DNA from: Candidatus Omnitrophota bacterium
GTDB taxonomy: Bacteria > Omnitrophota > Gorgyraeia > B26-G9
Assembly: GCA_018817165.1 (NCBI GenBank)
Contig: JAHITY010000124.1
Coordinates: 33,973-97,972, forward strand
Length of the DNA stretch: 64,000 bases
Reading direction: 5' to 3'
The stretch's first letter is position 1; every line of letters begins with the position of its first letter. Positions 20,038 through 29,813 of the stretch are shown piece by piece. The position numbers and the translations under genes are program-made. The notes under the pieces were generated by a model. It ran no database searches, was not told the DNA's origin, and saw nothing but the letters and a program-made list of their open reading frames with translations.

Positions 20038-21255
20038 ATGCCGGTATTTGAGTATAAAGCCCGGGAAGCACAAGGAAAACTGCTGAGCGGAAAATTGGAT
20101 GCGCCTAATCGGAGTATTGTTGCCGATAAGCTTAGGCAGATGGGATACTTTGTTGTCTCGATCAAAGAAGATCGCGTGCAGCAAAGTGCTTTGGATGTGG
20201 ATATTTTTGAAAAATTCGCCAGAGTTAAACCGCGGGATCTGGTTATTTTTAATAATCAGCTGGCAACAATGATCGGCTCAGGTTTAACCTTGGTTACAAG
20301 TTTGAATGTGCTTTCTCAGCAGGTTGAAAATAAGAAACTGCAGGAAGTTATTATTAAAGTTCGAGATGATGTTGAATCAGGAATATCTTTTTCCTCGGCT
20401 TTAGAGAAACATCCTAAAGTATTTTCAACTCTATTTGTGAATATGATCAATGCCGGAGAAACCGGAGGTGCTTTAGAAGAAATATTGCGCAGATTAGCTT
20501 TGTTTGCTGAGCAGAGCGAAGAAATTAGTATGAATGTTAAAACCGCTTTGACTTACCCGATTTTGATTGTTACGATTACAACCGGGGTGGTCATGTTTTT
20601 GGTTATGGGGGTTTTTCCTAAATTTGAAATATTATTTAAATCAATGGATGTTGCTTTACCTCTGCCTACGCAAATTTTATTGACAATCAGTCATTGGCTG
20701 AGAGAAAAATGGTTTTTTATTATCGCTGCGCTTGTCGGGCTGATTGTGTTTTTTTTAAGATATCGTAAAACTTCAGCTGGCAAATACAATATAGAATTGT
20801 TTATTTTAAGAATTCCCATATTTGGCACTATTATTAAAAAAGCCGGAATCTCTAGATTTGCCAGAACATTGGGAACCTTGATTAATAGCGGTGTGCCGAT
20901 TCTTCAGTCTTTAAGAATCGTCGAGACTACTGTGGGCAATGCGGCAATAGCCAAAATAGTTAATATTGTGGCCGATAATGTAAATCGCGGTGAAAGCATG
21001 GCTAGCCCTTTGCGAGATAATAAAATTTTTCCGCCTATGGTGGGGCATATGGTTTCAATTGGTGAAGAATCCGGTACTTTAGATACGATTTTAAATAAAA
21101 TAGCGGACTTTTATGACAGTGAAGTTGACAGTACGGTCAAGCGGCTAAGCTCGATAATCGAGCCAGTTTTATTGGTTTTTATCGGAGGAATAGTCGGCAT
21201 GATTGCTCTTTCTTTATTTTTGCCGATGTTTAATTTGGTTAATGTTATTAAATAG
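20038..21255 (+). CDS. pilC: Type IV pilus platform protein PilC (GspF family)
   Basis: MPVFEYKA, AGETGGAL, ALTYP, GEESGTL, IIEP. Confidence 0.94.
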   Translation: MPVFEYKAREAQGKLLSGKLDAPNRSIVADKLRQMGYFVVSIKEDRVQQSALDVDIFEKFARVKPRDLVIFNNQLATMIGSGLTLVTSLNVLSQQVENKKLQEVIIKVRDDVESGISFSSALEKHPKVFSTLFVNMINAGETGGALEEILRRLALFAEQSEEISMNVKTALTYPILIVTITTGVVMFLVMGVFPKFEILFKSMDVALPLPTQILLTISHWLREKWFFIIAALVGLIVFFLRYRKTSAGKYNIELFILRIPIFGTIIKKAGISRFARTLGTLINSGVPILQSLRIVETTVGNAAIAKIVNIVADNVNRGESMASPLRDNKIFPPMVGHMVSIGEESGTLDTILNKIADFYDSEVDSTVKRLSSIIEPVLLVFIGGIVGMIALSLFLPMFNLVNVIK

Positions 21256-21272
21256 ATGAAAAGTGCTATATT

Positions 21273-21320
21273 TGAGTAATGTTTTACTCAGATATGTTTA
21301 ATTGAGTATGTTTGTACTCG
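21273..21320. promoter_or_regulatory. Two 18-bp palindromic enhancer (UAS) sites 30 bp apart
   Basis: TGAGTAA-tgtt-TTACTCA (21273-21290) and TGAGTA-tgtttg-TACTCG (21303-21320), upstream of a sigma-54 site. Confidence 0.75.
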
Positions 21321-21380
21321 AAATTTCTAGATTTTATAATTGTTTTTTCAGTTCTTTGACGAGGAAAAAAACTAGAGAAT

Positions 21381-21396
21381 TGGCATGTTAATTGCT
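21381..21396 (+). promoter_or_regulatory. Sigma-54 (-24/-12) promoter of the pilin genes
   Basis: TGGCATGTTAATTGCT = GG-N10-GC consensus. Confidence 0.88.
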
Positions 21397-21466
21397 TTAT
21401 TTTAATTAGCTTGAACATATTGCTTGACAAAAATAGGCAGATACTATATAAAAAAGGAGGGAAAAG

Positions 21467-21847
21467 GTGAAAACAAAAGGCTTTACGTTGATCGAACTGC
21501 TGATTGTTATAGCCATTTTAGGTATTTTAGTTTCCCTTATTTTGCCTCGGTTTGCTGATGTTCGTGAAGATGCTAATACAAAGGTCTGTGTTGCTAATAT
21601 GCGCGGATTGGTTTCAGCAATGGCAATTTACGAAACTCGACAGAATGATGATGCTAATTGGGGAGTAGCGCCTTACATTGTAGCTAATTTAGTTAATTGG
21701 GGTTATGTGGCTGCTGAACCGCGGTGCCCATATGAAAATAGTGAAAGTTCTCCGGACAGTTATACCTTAGTAGCCAGCAGTGGCAGTTTGACTGATCGGG
21801 TGACTTGTCCAAATGTCGGTAGCTATACAAATCATGTATGGCCTTAA
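21467..21847 (+). CDS. Type IV pilin (candidate major pilin 1)
   Basis: KG|FTLIELLIVIAILGIL class III signal peptide; GTG start with SD GGAGG. Confidence 0.92.
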   Translation: MKTKGFTLIELLIVIAILGILVSLILPRFADVREDANTKVCVANMRGLVSAMAIYETRQNDDANWGVAPYIVANLVNWGYVAAEPRCPYENSESSPDSYTLVASSGSLTDRVTCPNVGSYTNHVWP

Positions 21848-21877
21848 TTTTAAAGCAGTAAAACAAGAGGGGGGTGA

Positions 21878-22258
21878 ATGGTAATGAATAGAAAAGGTTT
21901 TACATTAATTGAACTTTTGATTGTAATTGCTATATTGGGTATTTTAGTTGCTCTTATATTGCCGAGATTTGCTGATGTCCGTGAAGATGCTAATACAAAG
22001 GTTTGTATTGCAAATTTACGTGGTTTGGCTTCTGCTATGGCAACATATGAAGCTCGGGAAAATGCAGAGGGCCCATGGAATACTGTTGGATATATGGCAG
22101 GGGATCTTGTGACTTTGCAGTATATTGCGGCTGAGCCACATTGTCCATATGCAGCAGAAGATGGCGCTTCTTATGTGCTGGTGGTGAATACAGCTACGAC
22201 TCCTGATTTAGCAACATGTCCTAAGGTTGGTGCTCATCCAGACCATGTATGGCCTTAA
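21878..22258 (+). CDS. Type IV pilin (paralog 2)
   Basis: KG|FTLIELLIVIAILGIL; near-identical alpha1 helix and HVWP C-terminus to pilin 1. Confidence 0.92.
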   Translation: MVMNRKGFTLIELLIVIAILGILVALILPRFADVREDANTKVCIANLRGLASAMATYEARENAEGPWNTVGYMAGDLVTLQYIAAEPHCPYAAEDGASYVLVVNTATTPDLATCPKVGAHPDHVWP

Positions 22259-22282
22259 TAATCGGTTTTTAGGCTGATTTTT

Positions 22283-22315
22283 AAAGTGGACGGCAAGTGA
22301 TTGTCGTCCACTTTT
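22283..22315 (+). terminator. Intrinsic terminator after the pilins
   Basis: AAAGTGGACGGCAA-gtga-TTGTCGTCCACTTTT. Confidence 0.85.
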
Positions 22316-22357
22316 ATATTAAGCACAGTAAATAGTATTTAAAGATTTGAGGCTAAA

Positions 22358-23086
22358 ATGCATCGTTTTTATGTAGATACTGTTGATCTTAAAGTCAATA
22401 AAGTGTTAATATCCGCAACGGAAGCAAAGCATGCGTATAAAGTTTTGCGGCTAAAACCCAATGACCTGGTTATTGCTCTGGACGGTAAAGGTAATCAGTA
22501 TAATGGTATTTTAGAATCAATTAATTCTGATCAAGCTGTTATTCTAATTCAAAAATCAGTGCATCTTGAACCGCAGTTACCGAAAATTACTTTGGCCGCG
22601 GCAATTCCTAAACAATCTAAGTTTGAGGCAATTGTTGACAAAGCTACACAGCTGGGGGTGGATAGGGTAATTCCTTTGATCAGCGAACGGACCATTGTAA
22701 AACCTGAGCTGTTTAAGCAGAATGATAAAATTATTCGCTGGCAGAAAATCGCGATTGAAGCTGCTAAACAGTGCGGCTGTTTATATGTACCGCAAATCGC
22801 TCCGATTCATAAATTCAAGCAAATTGCTAAAAACGCGAATAAGTTTGATTTATGCCTAATCGCGGCTATCCATGATGATGTGGTTTTTATAAAAGATGTC
22901 TTAAAAAAAGAAAGAGCTGATTCTGTACTGGTTTTAATTGGACCGGAAGGTGATTTTACGGAACAGGAAGTAGCATTAGCGCGTGATTATGGTGCTATTT
23001 GTGTATCTTTGGGGAAAAATATTTTAAGGTGTGAAACCGCCTCAACTATGGTACTATCGGTATTAAATTATGAATGGAAAACATAA
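22358..23086 (+). CDS. rsmE: 16S rRNA m3U1498 methyltransferase
   Basis: HAYKVLRL, KATQLGV, EAAKQC, IGPEGDF, ILRCETA. Confidence 0.95.
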   Translation: MHRFYVDTVDLKVNKVLISATEAKHAYKVLRLKPNDLVIALDGKGNQYNGILESINSDQAVILIQKSVHLEPQLPKITLAAAIPKQSKFEAIVDKATQLGVDRVIPLISERTIVKPELFKQNDKIIRWQKIAIEAAKQCGCLYVPQIAPIHKFKQIAKNANKFDLCLIAAIHDDVVFIKDVLKKERADSVLVLIGPEGDFTEQEVALARDYGAICVSLGKNILRCETASTMVLSVLNYEWKT

Positions 23087-23564
23087 AACTACAATAAAAA
23101 TAATAATTGATGGATTATTCTATAAAACAAAGAATTTTGTTTTAAAAGAACAGCGGAAATTTCTGATAGTTTTGCTTGTGATTTTTTTGTATTTTTTTGT
23201 GGTAGTTATCTATCAGGTTTCTTCAAAAGCTCCGGTTAAGCCAGAAGAGAAAAAACCAATAAGTCAGTTGTACCTGCTGGAATTTATTAATGGGTGGCGG
23301 GATTATCAGCAGAATTTTGATGTTGAGGATTTACGTTTTGGTGAAAAATTTTTATCGTTTACAATCAATTTAAAATTAAAAACAAAATCAATATTAATTG
23401 TAAAAAAATTAGGCATGGACATGATCTTAGGCCTTGAACAGGAATATCCTGAATTGGAAGATATAAATATTAAGGTGATTTGTTTTCGTGACTTAGATAA
23501 AATAGTATACGGCACTGCTGTTTATAATCGGGATATTGATGAAGTCAGTTGGACTTATAAATAA
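23070..23564 (+). CDS. Membrane-anchored hypothetical protein
   Basis: Single TM helix; overlaps rsmE stop. Confidence 0.6.
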   Translation: MNGKHKTTIKIIIDGLFYKTKNFVLKEQRKFLIVLLVIFLYFFVVVIYQVSSKAPVKPEEKKPISQLYLLEFINGWRDYQQNFDVEDLRFGEKFLSFTINLKLKTKSILIVKKLGMDMILGLEQEYPELEDINIKVICFRDLDKIVYGTAVYNRDIDEVSWTYK

Positions 23565-23588
23565 CCGTAAAAGAAATTGGCTTTTTAG

Positions 23589-24917
23589 ATGATTTTGAAC
23601 AAAAAGAAAAATAATGTAAAAACCTGTAAGTTTTACACCTTTGGCTGCAAAGTCAATCAGTATGAAACCCAATTGATCCGAGAGCAATTTTTGGCCAAGG
23701 GTTTTATCGAAACCAATAAAAATCCGGATTATTTTATTATTAATGGATGTACGGTTACTGCTGCTGCTGATCGTAAATGTCGATATCTTCTGCGTTCCTT
23801 ACATAAAAAAAATCCTTCTGCCCAAATTATTGTTACCGGCTGTTTTGCGAAAAATAATCCTGATATTATCTTTCAGCCTGGAGTTGATCAGGTAATTCCA
23901 CAGGAAGATAAATTAACAATTATTGAGCAAATCAATCTAAACCCTGAAAAAAAACAAAGCCTTATTGCTTCTAAATTAAATGCCGTAAATTTGAATGGCT
24001 GTGAGCAAAAAAACTTGATCAATGATTTTAAGGGGCATAGCCGGGCTTTTGTGAAAATTCAGGATGGCTGTGATAATTTCTGTACTTATTGTATTATTCC
24101 TTCCATGCGTGGTTTGCCAATAAGCAGAGATTTGGAAATTATCAAACAAGAGGTTGCTGGACTGGCAAAAAAAGGATTTAAGGAAATAGTTCTGACCGGG
24201 ATAAATCTGGGGATGTGGAGTGCTCAATCACCAAAAACAAACAACCGATTATCTTATTTGATTGAGCAGTTGTTAACGATTAAACAATTGCAGCGATTAA
24301 GATTAAGCTCTGTGGAATTAATTCATGTTGATGATTTATTAATCAAGCAAATAGAAAACTCGGATAAGTTGTGCGCCCATCTGCATATTCCTTTGCAAAG
24401 CGGAGATGATCAGATCTTGAAAAAAATGAATCGACGCTATACCCGAGATTTGTTTTTAAGACAGATCAAAAAGATTAAGCATCAAGTTTCCGATATTTGT
24501 TTTACCACTGATATTATGGTCGGTTTTCCCGGAGAAAGCGAAGAAAACTTTAAGAATACGCTGGATTTTGTGAAAAAAGCGGGTTTTTTAAAAGTACATG
24601 TTTTTCCTTATAGCCCCAGACCCGGGACAAAGGCCGCAACAATGCCTGATCAGATTGATCCAAAAGTCAAAGATCTTCGCAAGAAAAAACTGGTTGATCT
24701 TGCTAATTTGACAAGTTTTGAATTGCGCAAAAAATTGATTAATAAAAAAACTTTTGTGCTTTTTGAGGAATCAAGCTATGATGGATGCTGGATGGGGTAT
24801 GCTGATAACTATGTCCAGATTAAAGTAAAATCAGCGAAAAATTTGAAAAATTTTAAACTTCCGGTCATAATCAGCAATGTTACGCATGAGCAAACCATCG
24901 CTGAGCTTGTTGAATGA
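23589..24917 (+). CDS. mtaB: tRNA t6A37 methylthiotransferase
   Basis: TFGCKVNQYE, INGCTVT, KIQDGCDNFCTYC; linked to rsmE. Confidence 0.93.
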   Translation: MILNKKKNNVKTCKFYTFGCKVNQYETQLIREQFLAKGFIETNKNPDYFIINGCTVTAAADRKCRYLLRSLHKKNPSAQIIVTGCFAKNNPDIIFQPGVDQVIPQEDKLTIIEQINLNPEKKQSLIASKLNAVNLNGCEQKNLINDFKGHSRAFVKIQDGCDNFCTYCIIPSMRGLPISRDLEIIKQEVAGLAKKGFKEIVLTGINLGMWSAQSPKTNNRLSYLIEQLLTIKQLQRLRLSSVELIHVDDLLIKQIENSDKLCAHLHIPLQSGDDQILKKMNRRYTRDLFLRQIKKIKHQVSDICFTTDIMVGFPGESEENFKNTLDFVKKAGFLKVHVFPYSPRPGTKAATMPDQIDPKVKDLRKKKLVDLANLTSFELRKKLINKKTFVLFEESSYDGCWMGYADNYVQIKVKSAKNLKNFKLPVIISNVTHEQTIAELVE

Positions 24918-25089
24918 GAATTATTGTTTGGGATATAGATGTTTTAGTGGTGAATAATCGGAGAGCTAAGATCTTTATCAGTATGCACTTAAATATGTCT
25001 TGAATAGCTTATGGATATATGTTAAACTAAACCAACAATAAATAAATTTAAAAAGCCTCTTTTTTAAGGATTTGAATTAATTAAAAGCC

Positions 25090-26133
25090 ATGGGACAAAT
25101 AAAAAATCTATTAAATAAATTTCTAAAACAAAAGCCGAAATTTGAAGTTGGCCTTGATATCGGCAATTCTAGTGTCAAGGTTGTTCAGTTATGTTCTAAA
25201 CCCAATAGCAAACTCAAAGAGCTGGTAAGCTTTGATCTGCAGCGTTTTGTTGGCCCGGTCAATAATGATGTCATTGCGGCCGCAATAAAAATAGCGATGA
25301 AAAATGCCAATATTAATAATCCGGTAGTAAATACCTCAGTTTCCGGACAGGCGGTTATTGTAAGATATATTCAAATGCCTAAAATGACCAAAGAGGAATT
25401 GGATAAAGCGCTTAAGTTAGGTATTGGGAAATATATTCCTTTCGGGGTTGATGAAGTCAACTCTGATTGTCAGATACTCGATGATTCCGATAAAAAATCT
25501 AAAATGATGCGAGTCATGCTGGTTGCGGTTAAAAAAAATATCATTAAAGAACGGATGGATATTCTTGCTCGGGCTGGATTAAAAGCTAATGTTATTGATG
25601 TTGATTCTTTTGCGATTGTGAATTCTTTTCAATTGATTAGCCAGGAAAATAAAGGGATTATTGCTGTTTTGGACATTGGCGCCGATATTACTAGTACTAC
25701 GATTTTGAAAGATAATGTTCCGCATTTTAATCGCGATGTCCCGATTGGTGGCAGTAATTTCACCAGAGCAATAATTGAGGAATTTGAAATGACGGTTGAA
25801 GAGGCGGAGGAGCTTAAACATAATCCTCAGACTCGATATGGAGATTTGATTACCGCGATTCGTCCGGTTATCGATGCCTTATCTGATGAAATGCAATTAT
25901 CGTTCAATTATTGCGAAAGTCAGCTGGGCGGTCCTGTCCAAAAGATTTTTTTAACTGGCGGTATGGCTAAATTTAAAGGAATTGGTAAGGTATTAAGCGG
26001 GATACTCGGAGTTGATGTGGAAATTTGGGATCCAACTAGAATATTATTGGTTAATGAAGCTTTGCCCAGAGAGAAAATAGTGGAAACTGGTCCGCTTTTA
26101 ACCGTTGCGATTGGATTGGCTTTAAGAGGCTAA
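25090..26133 (+). CDS. pilM: Type IV pilus assembly protein PilM
   Basis: VGLDIGNSSVK, LDIGA, LTGG, AIGLALRG. Confidence 0.93.
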   Translation: MGQIKNLLNKFLKQKPKFEVGLDIGNSSVKVVQLCSKPNSKLKELVSFDLQRFVGPVNNDVIAAAIKIAMKNANINNPVVNTSVSGQAVIVRYIQMPKMTKEELDKALKLGIGKYIPFGVDEVNSDCQILDDSDKKSKMMRVMLVAVKKNIIKERMDILARAGLKANVIDVDSFAIVNSFQLISQENKGIIAVLDIGADITSTTILKDNVPHFNRDVPIGGSNFTRAIIEEFEMTVEEAEELKHNPQTRYGDLITAIRPVIDALSDEMQLSFNYCESQLGGPVQKIFLTGGMAKFKGIGKVLSGILGVDVEIWDPTRILLVNEALPREKIVETGPLLTVAIGLALRG

Positions 26134-26136
26134 ATA

Positions 26137-26760
26137 ATGATAGAAATTAATTTACTTCCAGCTGAATATAAAGTATTGAAAAAATCAACGGCAAAAAATG
26201 TGCCGGTAAATTTAATACTTATTAGTACAAACGCGGTTTTGCTTGCCGTTTTATTGATTGTTACAGGGATGAATCTTTCCCGGACGATTACGCTTAATGC
26301 GCTTAATACAAGATTAAAAGGTTTAGCTCCTGAACAGCAAAAGATCATTGCTTTACAGCGGAGAATGGAAAGTTTAAAATCGACAAATGCAATGTTTAGT
26401 CCATTGGTGGATAATCGCTTTTTGTGGTCTAAAAAACTTTACTTTTTAGATGAGTTGATCCTCCCGGGTATTTGGCTGAGAAATATATCATTAGAAAGAA
26501 AAATAGTTAATACATTGCTTGAGCCTAACTATCCGGGGAATTCGGTTAATCATTTAAAAATCGGGGCAAGCGTTGTTTCGATTACGCATGATGAAATGGG
26601 TATTATCGGTAAATTTATCAGAAGATTGAAAACCAGCGATGATTTTATTAGGGATTTTAGTAATATTGAATTAGAGGGAGTTGTTAGCCGGGATATTGCC
26701 TCAATAGAAGTTATGGATTTTACTTTACTTTGTCTGTTTAAATCGGATATTAATTTATGA
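26137..26760 (+). CDS. pilN: PilN
   Basis: IEINLLP motif, TM, position. Confidence 0.88.
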   Translation: MIEINLLPAEYKVLKKSTAKNVPVNLILISTNAVLLAVLLIVTGMNLSRTITLNALNTRLKGLAPEQQKIIALQRRMESLKSTNAMFSPLVDNRFLWSKKLYFLDELILPGIWLRNISLERKIVNTLLEPNYPGNSVNHLKIGASVVSITHDEMGIIGKFIRRLKTSDDFIRDFSNIELEGVVSRDIASIEVMDFTLLCLFKSDINL

Positions 26761-27320
26761 GTGTAGATATTTCATTTTTGAAAAAAATAAAAATTCCTAT
26801 ATTTCAGATTATTCTTGGGGCTATTGTCGTGGTTTGTTTGGTTTTAACTCTGCCGCAGCTGATGAACATGCAGAATTTATCCAAAGAAATTACCGATAAA
26901 CGAAAAATCCTTAATGATCTTGATGCTGGGATTAAAAATTTTGATATTTTAGAAAAAGAGGAAGAGTCTTTAAGTAAAGCCTATAGTGATTTTTTAGCCA
27001 GTCTGCCCGCGCAAAAAGATTTTCCGGTTTTTTTGGAATTGATTTCAAAATTGGCGAAAAATAGTGATGTAAAGATTGCTGCGATCGAACCTCAGAAAAC
27101 AACGGATGCGCAAGGTTCATTTTTTATTAAGATTCCGGTTTTTATTGATGCCTATTGCGGGTATCATGAGTTGGGTAAGTTTTTAAATGAAATTGAATAT
27201 GCGGATAAATTTATGAGGATTGGTAATATAAAAATTACGAAAGATGATCCGGACAGTGATAAGCTTCAAGTATTTATCGCGATCTATGCTTTTTGTTTGA
27301 GTGAGGATAATAGTGTTTAA
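26757..27320 (+). CDS. pilO: PilO
   Basis: LPAQKD, GYHELGKFLNEIE; position. Confidence 0.88.
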   Translation: MSVDISFLKKIKIPIFQIILGAIVVVCLVLTLPQLMNMQNLSKEITDKRKILNDLDAGIKNFDILEKEEESLSKAYSDFLASLPAQKDFPVFLELISKLAKNSDVKIAAIEPQKTTDAQGSFFIKIPVFIDAYCGYHELGKFLNEIEYADKFMRIGNIKITKDDPDSDKLQVFIAIYAFCLSEDNSV

Positions 27321-27687
27321 AAAAAGCTTAATTATTATGATGGTTTTTGCCTTAAGCTCAACAGCTTTTGCTAAGAGTGAGAGTGAGTTTGTCTATAAAG
27401 ATAAAGAAACACGTGATCCGTTTATTTCTTTAGTAACAATTGATGGCAGAATCCTGCCTGGGGCCAGAGAAATTACTGAATCAACTAATATTGAACTTGG
27501 GGGAGTTATCTGGGATCCCACTGGCAAATCCTTGGCAATTATAAATGGGAAACCAGTTAAGGAGCAGCAGAGGATTATGAATTTTCAGGTTTTAAAAATA
27601 AAAAAAGATAGTGTGCTTTTGCAAAAAGAGGGGAAAGTTATTGTGCTGTATTTAAAAAAAGGAGGGGGAGATAAAAATGGGGAATGA
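27301..27687 (+). CDS. pilP: PilP-like protein
   Basis: RDPF, LGGVIWD, AIING. Confidence 0.75.
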   Translation: MRIIVFKKSLIIMMVFALSSTAFAKSESEFVYKDKETRDPFISLVTIDGRILPGAREITESTNIELGGVIWDPTGKSLAIINGKPVKEQQRIMNFQVLKIKKDSVLLQKEGKVIVLYLKKGGGDKNGE

Positions 27688-29416
27688 TAAAACTTTAATT
27701 TTTAAGGTTAAGTTGGCAGTAGTAGTATTTGTTTTGATTCTGGGAGTGGCATCTTTTATTGCTGCTAATGGGGTTAATGAGATGCAGGTTGAAGATGCGG
27801 GTGAAGGTAATATCAGCGTTGAGTTTAAAGACGCGGATATTCATGATGTTTTCAGAGTATTAGCTTTAAAAGGTAATGTGAGTATTGTTTCAGACCCGGA
27901 TGTTAAAGGTCTGGTTACAGTTCAAATAACTGATATCCCTTGGGAAAAAGCGTTGGATGTTATTTGCCGGACATATGCCTATGCTTATGAGCGTGAAGGT
28001 AATATTATCAGAGTTACGACATTAGACAAGCAGGGCCAGGAAAATCTGGTGACCGATGTTTTTCCGTTGAATTATGCTAAAGCCGCAAGCGTAGCTTCAG
28101 CAATAGCAGAAATGCGCTCAGATAGAGGTAAAATCAAGGCAGATGATCGGGCAAACTTAATCATTGTCACTGATATCCCCACAAATATTTATAAAATCGC
28201 CCAGGTAATTAAAAGACTTGATTCAATGACTCCGCAGGTTTCGATTGAAGCTAAGATCGTGGAAACCAATATGAGTAATAGTCAAGATTTGGGAGTTAAA
28301 TGGAATGCTTCATACAGTGCTGGATTGTCCACTCGTCCAACTACTTTTCCTTGGCCTGCTAATAGCGCCGGAGAGGCATATAGTAATTTCTTACCCAATG
28401 GGGATGATGCCGCGACCTTTCATCCCGGAGCTACTTCATTTCCTTTAGCTCAAGCTACTCAATTTTCCTATGGCATTCTAGATGGCAGTGCCTTCAATGT
28501 TCTGCTTGAAGCGATTCAAACCAGGGGCAAAACTAAAGTGCTTTCAAATCCCAGAATTACAACCTTGGATAATGAACCAGCAGAAATTCATGTGGGAACA
28601 GACTGGCCGATTGCTAACTATACATATAATGAGCAGACAGACAGATTTGTTATTAGCGGATGGGAATATAAAAGTTACGGGATTTTATTAAAAGTCACAC
28701 CAACGATTAATCAAAATGGTTATGTTACTTTAAAACTGCACCCAGAGATCAGCGATAAAACAGGTGAAGTTGATTTTCAAGGCGCGATTGTTCCGGTGTT
28801 AAGCACTCAGACATCGGATTGTACTGTAATGATTAAAGATGGCAATACTTTGGTTATTGGCGGATTAATAAAAGATAAAGTTGTGACAACTAAAACTAAA
28901 GTGCCTTTTCTCGGCGATATTCCGATATTAGGATTATTGTTTACCCATAAATCTGAGGAAATAATTAAAAATGATCTTTTGATTTTCATTACTCCGCATA
29001 TTGTGCAAGAGGAAGCTTTGGCTAAGCGTCAGGAAATAACCAAAGCCTTGGATGTGCAAAGACTGGTTAACCTTGGTGATGATGATAATTTAGTCGAAGT
29101 CAGCACCAAGGCAAAAGCAAAAGAAGATAGTTTTATTGAAGGAGAGATGTTTGTTGATAAGCCGCAGGAGGAAGTTATTATTCCAGCGGTGGTTCCGGCA
29201 GTGGAAATGGCCCAACCAAAACCTGTTGTGAGCAAAGAAAAAATAATGGTGATTGACGAAGCCGAATTCAGTCCTGAATCAGTAATGGAGACGTCTGAAC
29301 CTGCGAAGCCTGTGACAAAAATGCAAAAACCGGTTGATACCGCAGTTGTTGCCGATACGGATGAAGAAAAAACTGATAAAAAAAACGCTAATAAAGGTTT
29401 TTTCTTTAAAAAATAA
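27677..29416 (+). CDS. pilQ: Secretin PilQ (no AMIN domains, long acidic C-tail)
   Basis: QVSIEAKIVE, LSNPRITTLDN, KVPFLGDIPILGLLF, LIFITPHIV. Confidence 0.93.
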   Translation: MGNDKTLIFKVKLAVVVFVLILGVASFIAANGVNEMQVEDAGEGNISVEFKDADIHDVFRVLALKGNVSIVSDPDVKGLVTVQITDIPWEKALDVICRTYAYAYEREGNIIRVTTLDKQGQENLVTDVFPLNYAKAASVASAIAEMRSDRGKIKADDRANLIIVTDIPTNIYKIAQVIKRLDSMTPQVSIEAKIVETNMSNSQDLGVKWNASYSAGLSTRPTTFPWPANSAGEAYSNFLPNGDDAATFHPGATSFPLAQATQFSYGILDGSAFNVLLEAIQTRGKTKVLSNPRITTLDNEPAEIHVGTDWPIANYTYNEQTDRFVISGWEYKSYGILLKVTPTINQNGYVTLKLHPEISDKTGEVDFQGAIVPVLSTQTSDCTVMIKDGNTLVIGGLIKDKVVTTKTKVPFLGDIPILGLLFTHKSEEIIKNDLLIFITPHIVQEEALAKRQEITKALDVQRLVNLGDDDNLVEVSTKAKAKEDSFIEGEMFVDKPQEEVIIPAVVPAVEMAQPKPVVSKEKIMVIDEAEFSPESVMETSEPAKPVTKMQKPVDTAVVADTDEEKTDKKNANKGFFFKK

Positions 29417-29438
29417 AGAACAGGATCACTTTTAGATC

Positions 29439-29494
29439 CAGGCAAAACAAAGATATAGCACTTTTAAATTTGGGCTAAGTTTTTGTTTTGCCTG
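29439..29494. terminator. Long stem-loop after pilQ (terminator or processing hairpin)
   Basis: CAGGCAAAACAAAGA ... TTTTTGTTTTGCCTG inverted repeat. Confidence 0.6.
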
Positions 29495-29507
29495 TTGATA
29501 GGATTTA

Positions 29508-29813
29508 ATGGATACTTGTAAAATAAATGTTAGTTTTAGCAAAAAGGGAATCCTGCGATATATTTCGCATCTTGATTTTATGAGATTGATTTATCGGGCA
29601 TTAAGACGCGCGGAATTGCCTTTTATGTTAAGCGAAGGTTTTAATCCTCGGCCAAAAATTAAATTTGGGCAGGCTTTAAAATTAGGAGTTCCCGGGATTA
29701 TGGAAGTCGTATTTTCGTTGAAAACACCAATTAGTTTGGATGAGTTTAAAACGAAAATGCATCATCAGTTAACAGAAGATATAAGGATACTAGAAATTAG
29801 TTATGGAAAGTAA
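29508..29813 (+). CDS. TIGR03936/DUF2344 radical-SAM-associated protein (short form)
   Basis: RYISHLDFMR, RRAELP, SEGFNPRPK. Confidence 0.88.
   Translation: MDTCKINVSFSKKGILRYISHLDFMRLIYRALRRAELPFMLSEGFNPRPKIKFGQALKLGVPGIMEVVFSLKTPISLDEFKTKMHHQLTEDIRILEISYGK

Noticed and set aside
21467-22258. Silent-cassette pilin antigenic variation or DGR target
   Set aside because: Both copies are complete with their own SD and signal peptide, differ at many synonymous sites, and no recombinase or reverse transcriptase is nearby.
21467-22258. c-type cytochrome (CxxCH) or Geobacter-type truncated e-pilin
   Set aside because: No CxxCH motif; mature length ~120 aa with a globular head.
29029-29445. 138-aa antisense ORF over the pilQ tail
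   Set aside because: Shadow ORF of a low-complexity coding strand; no recognisable features.
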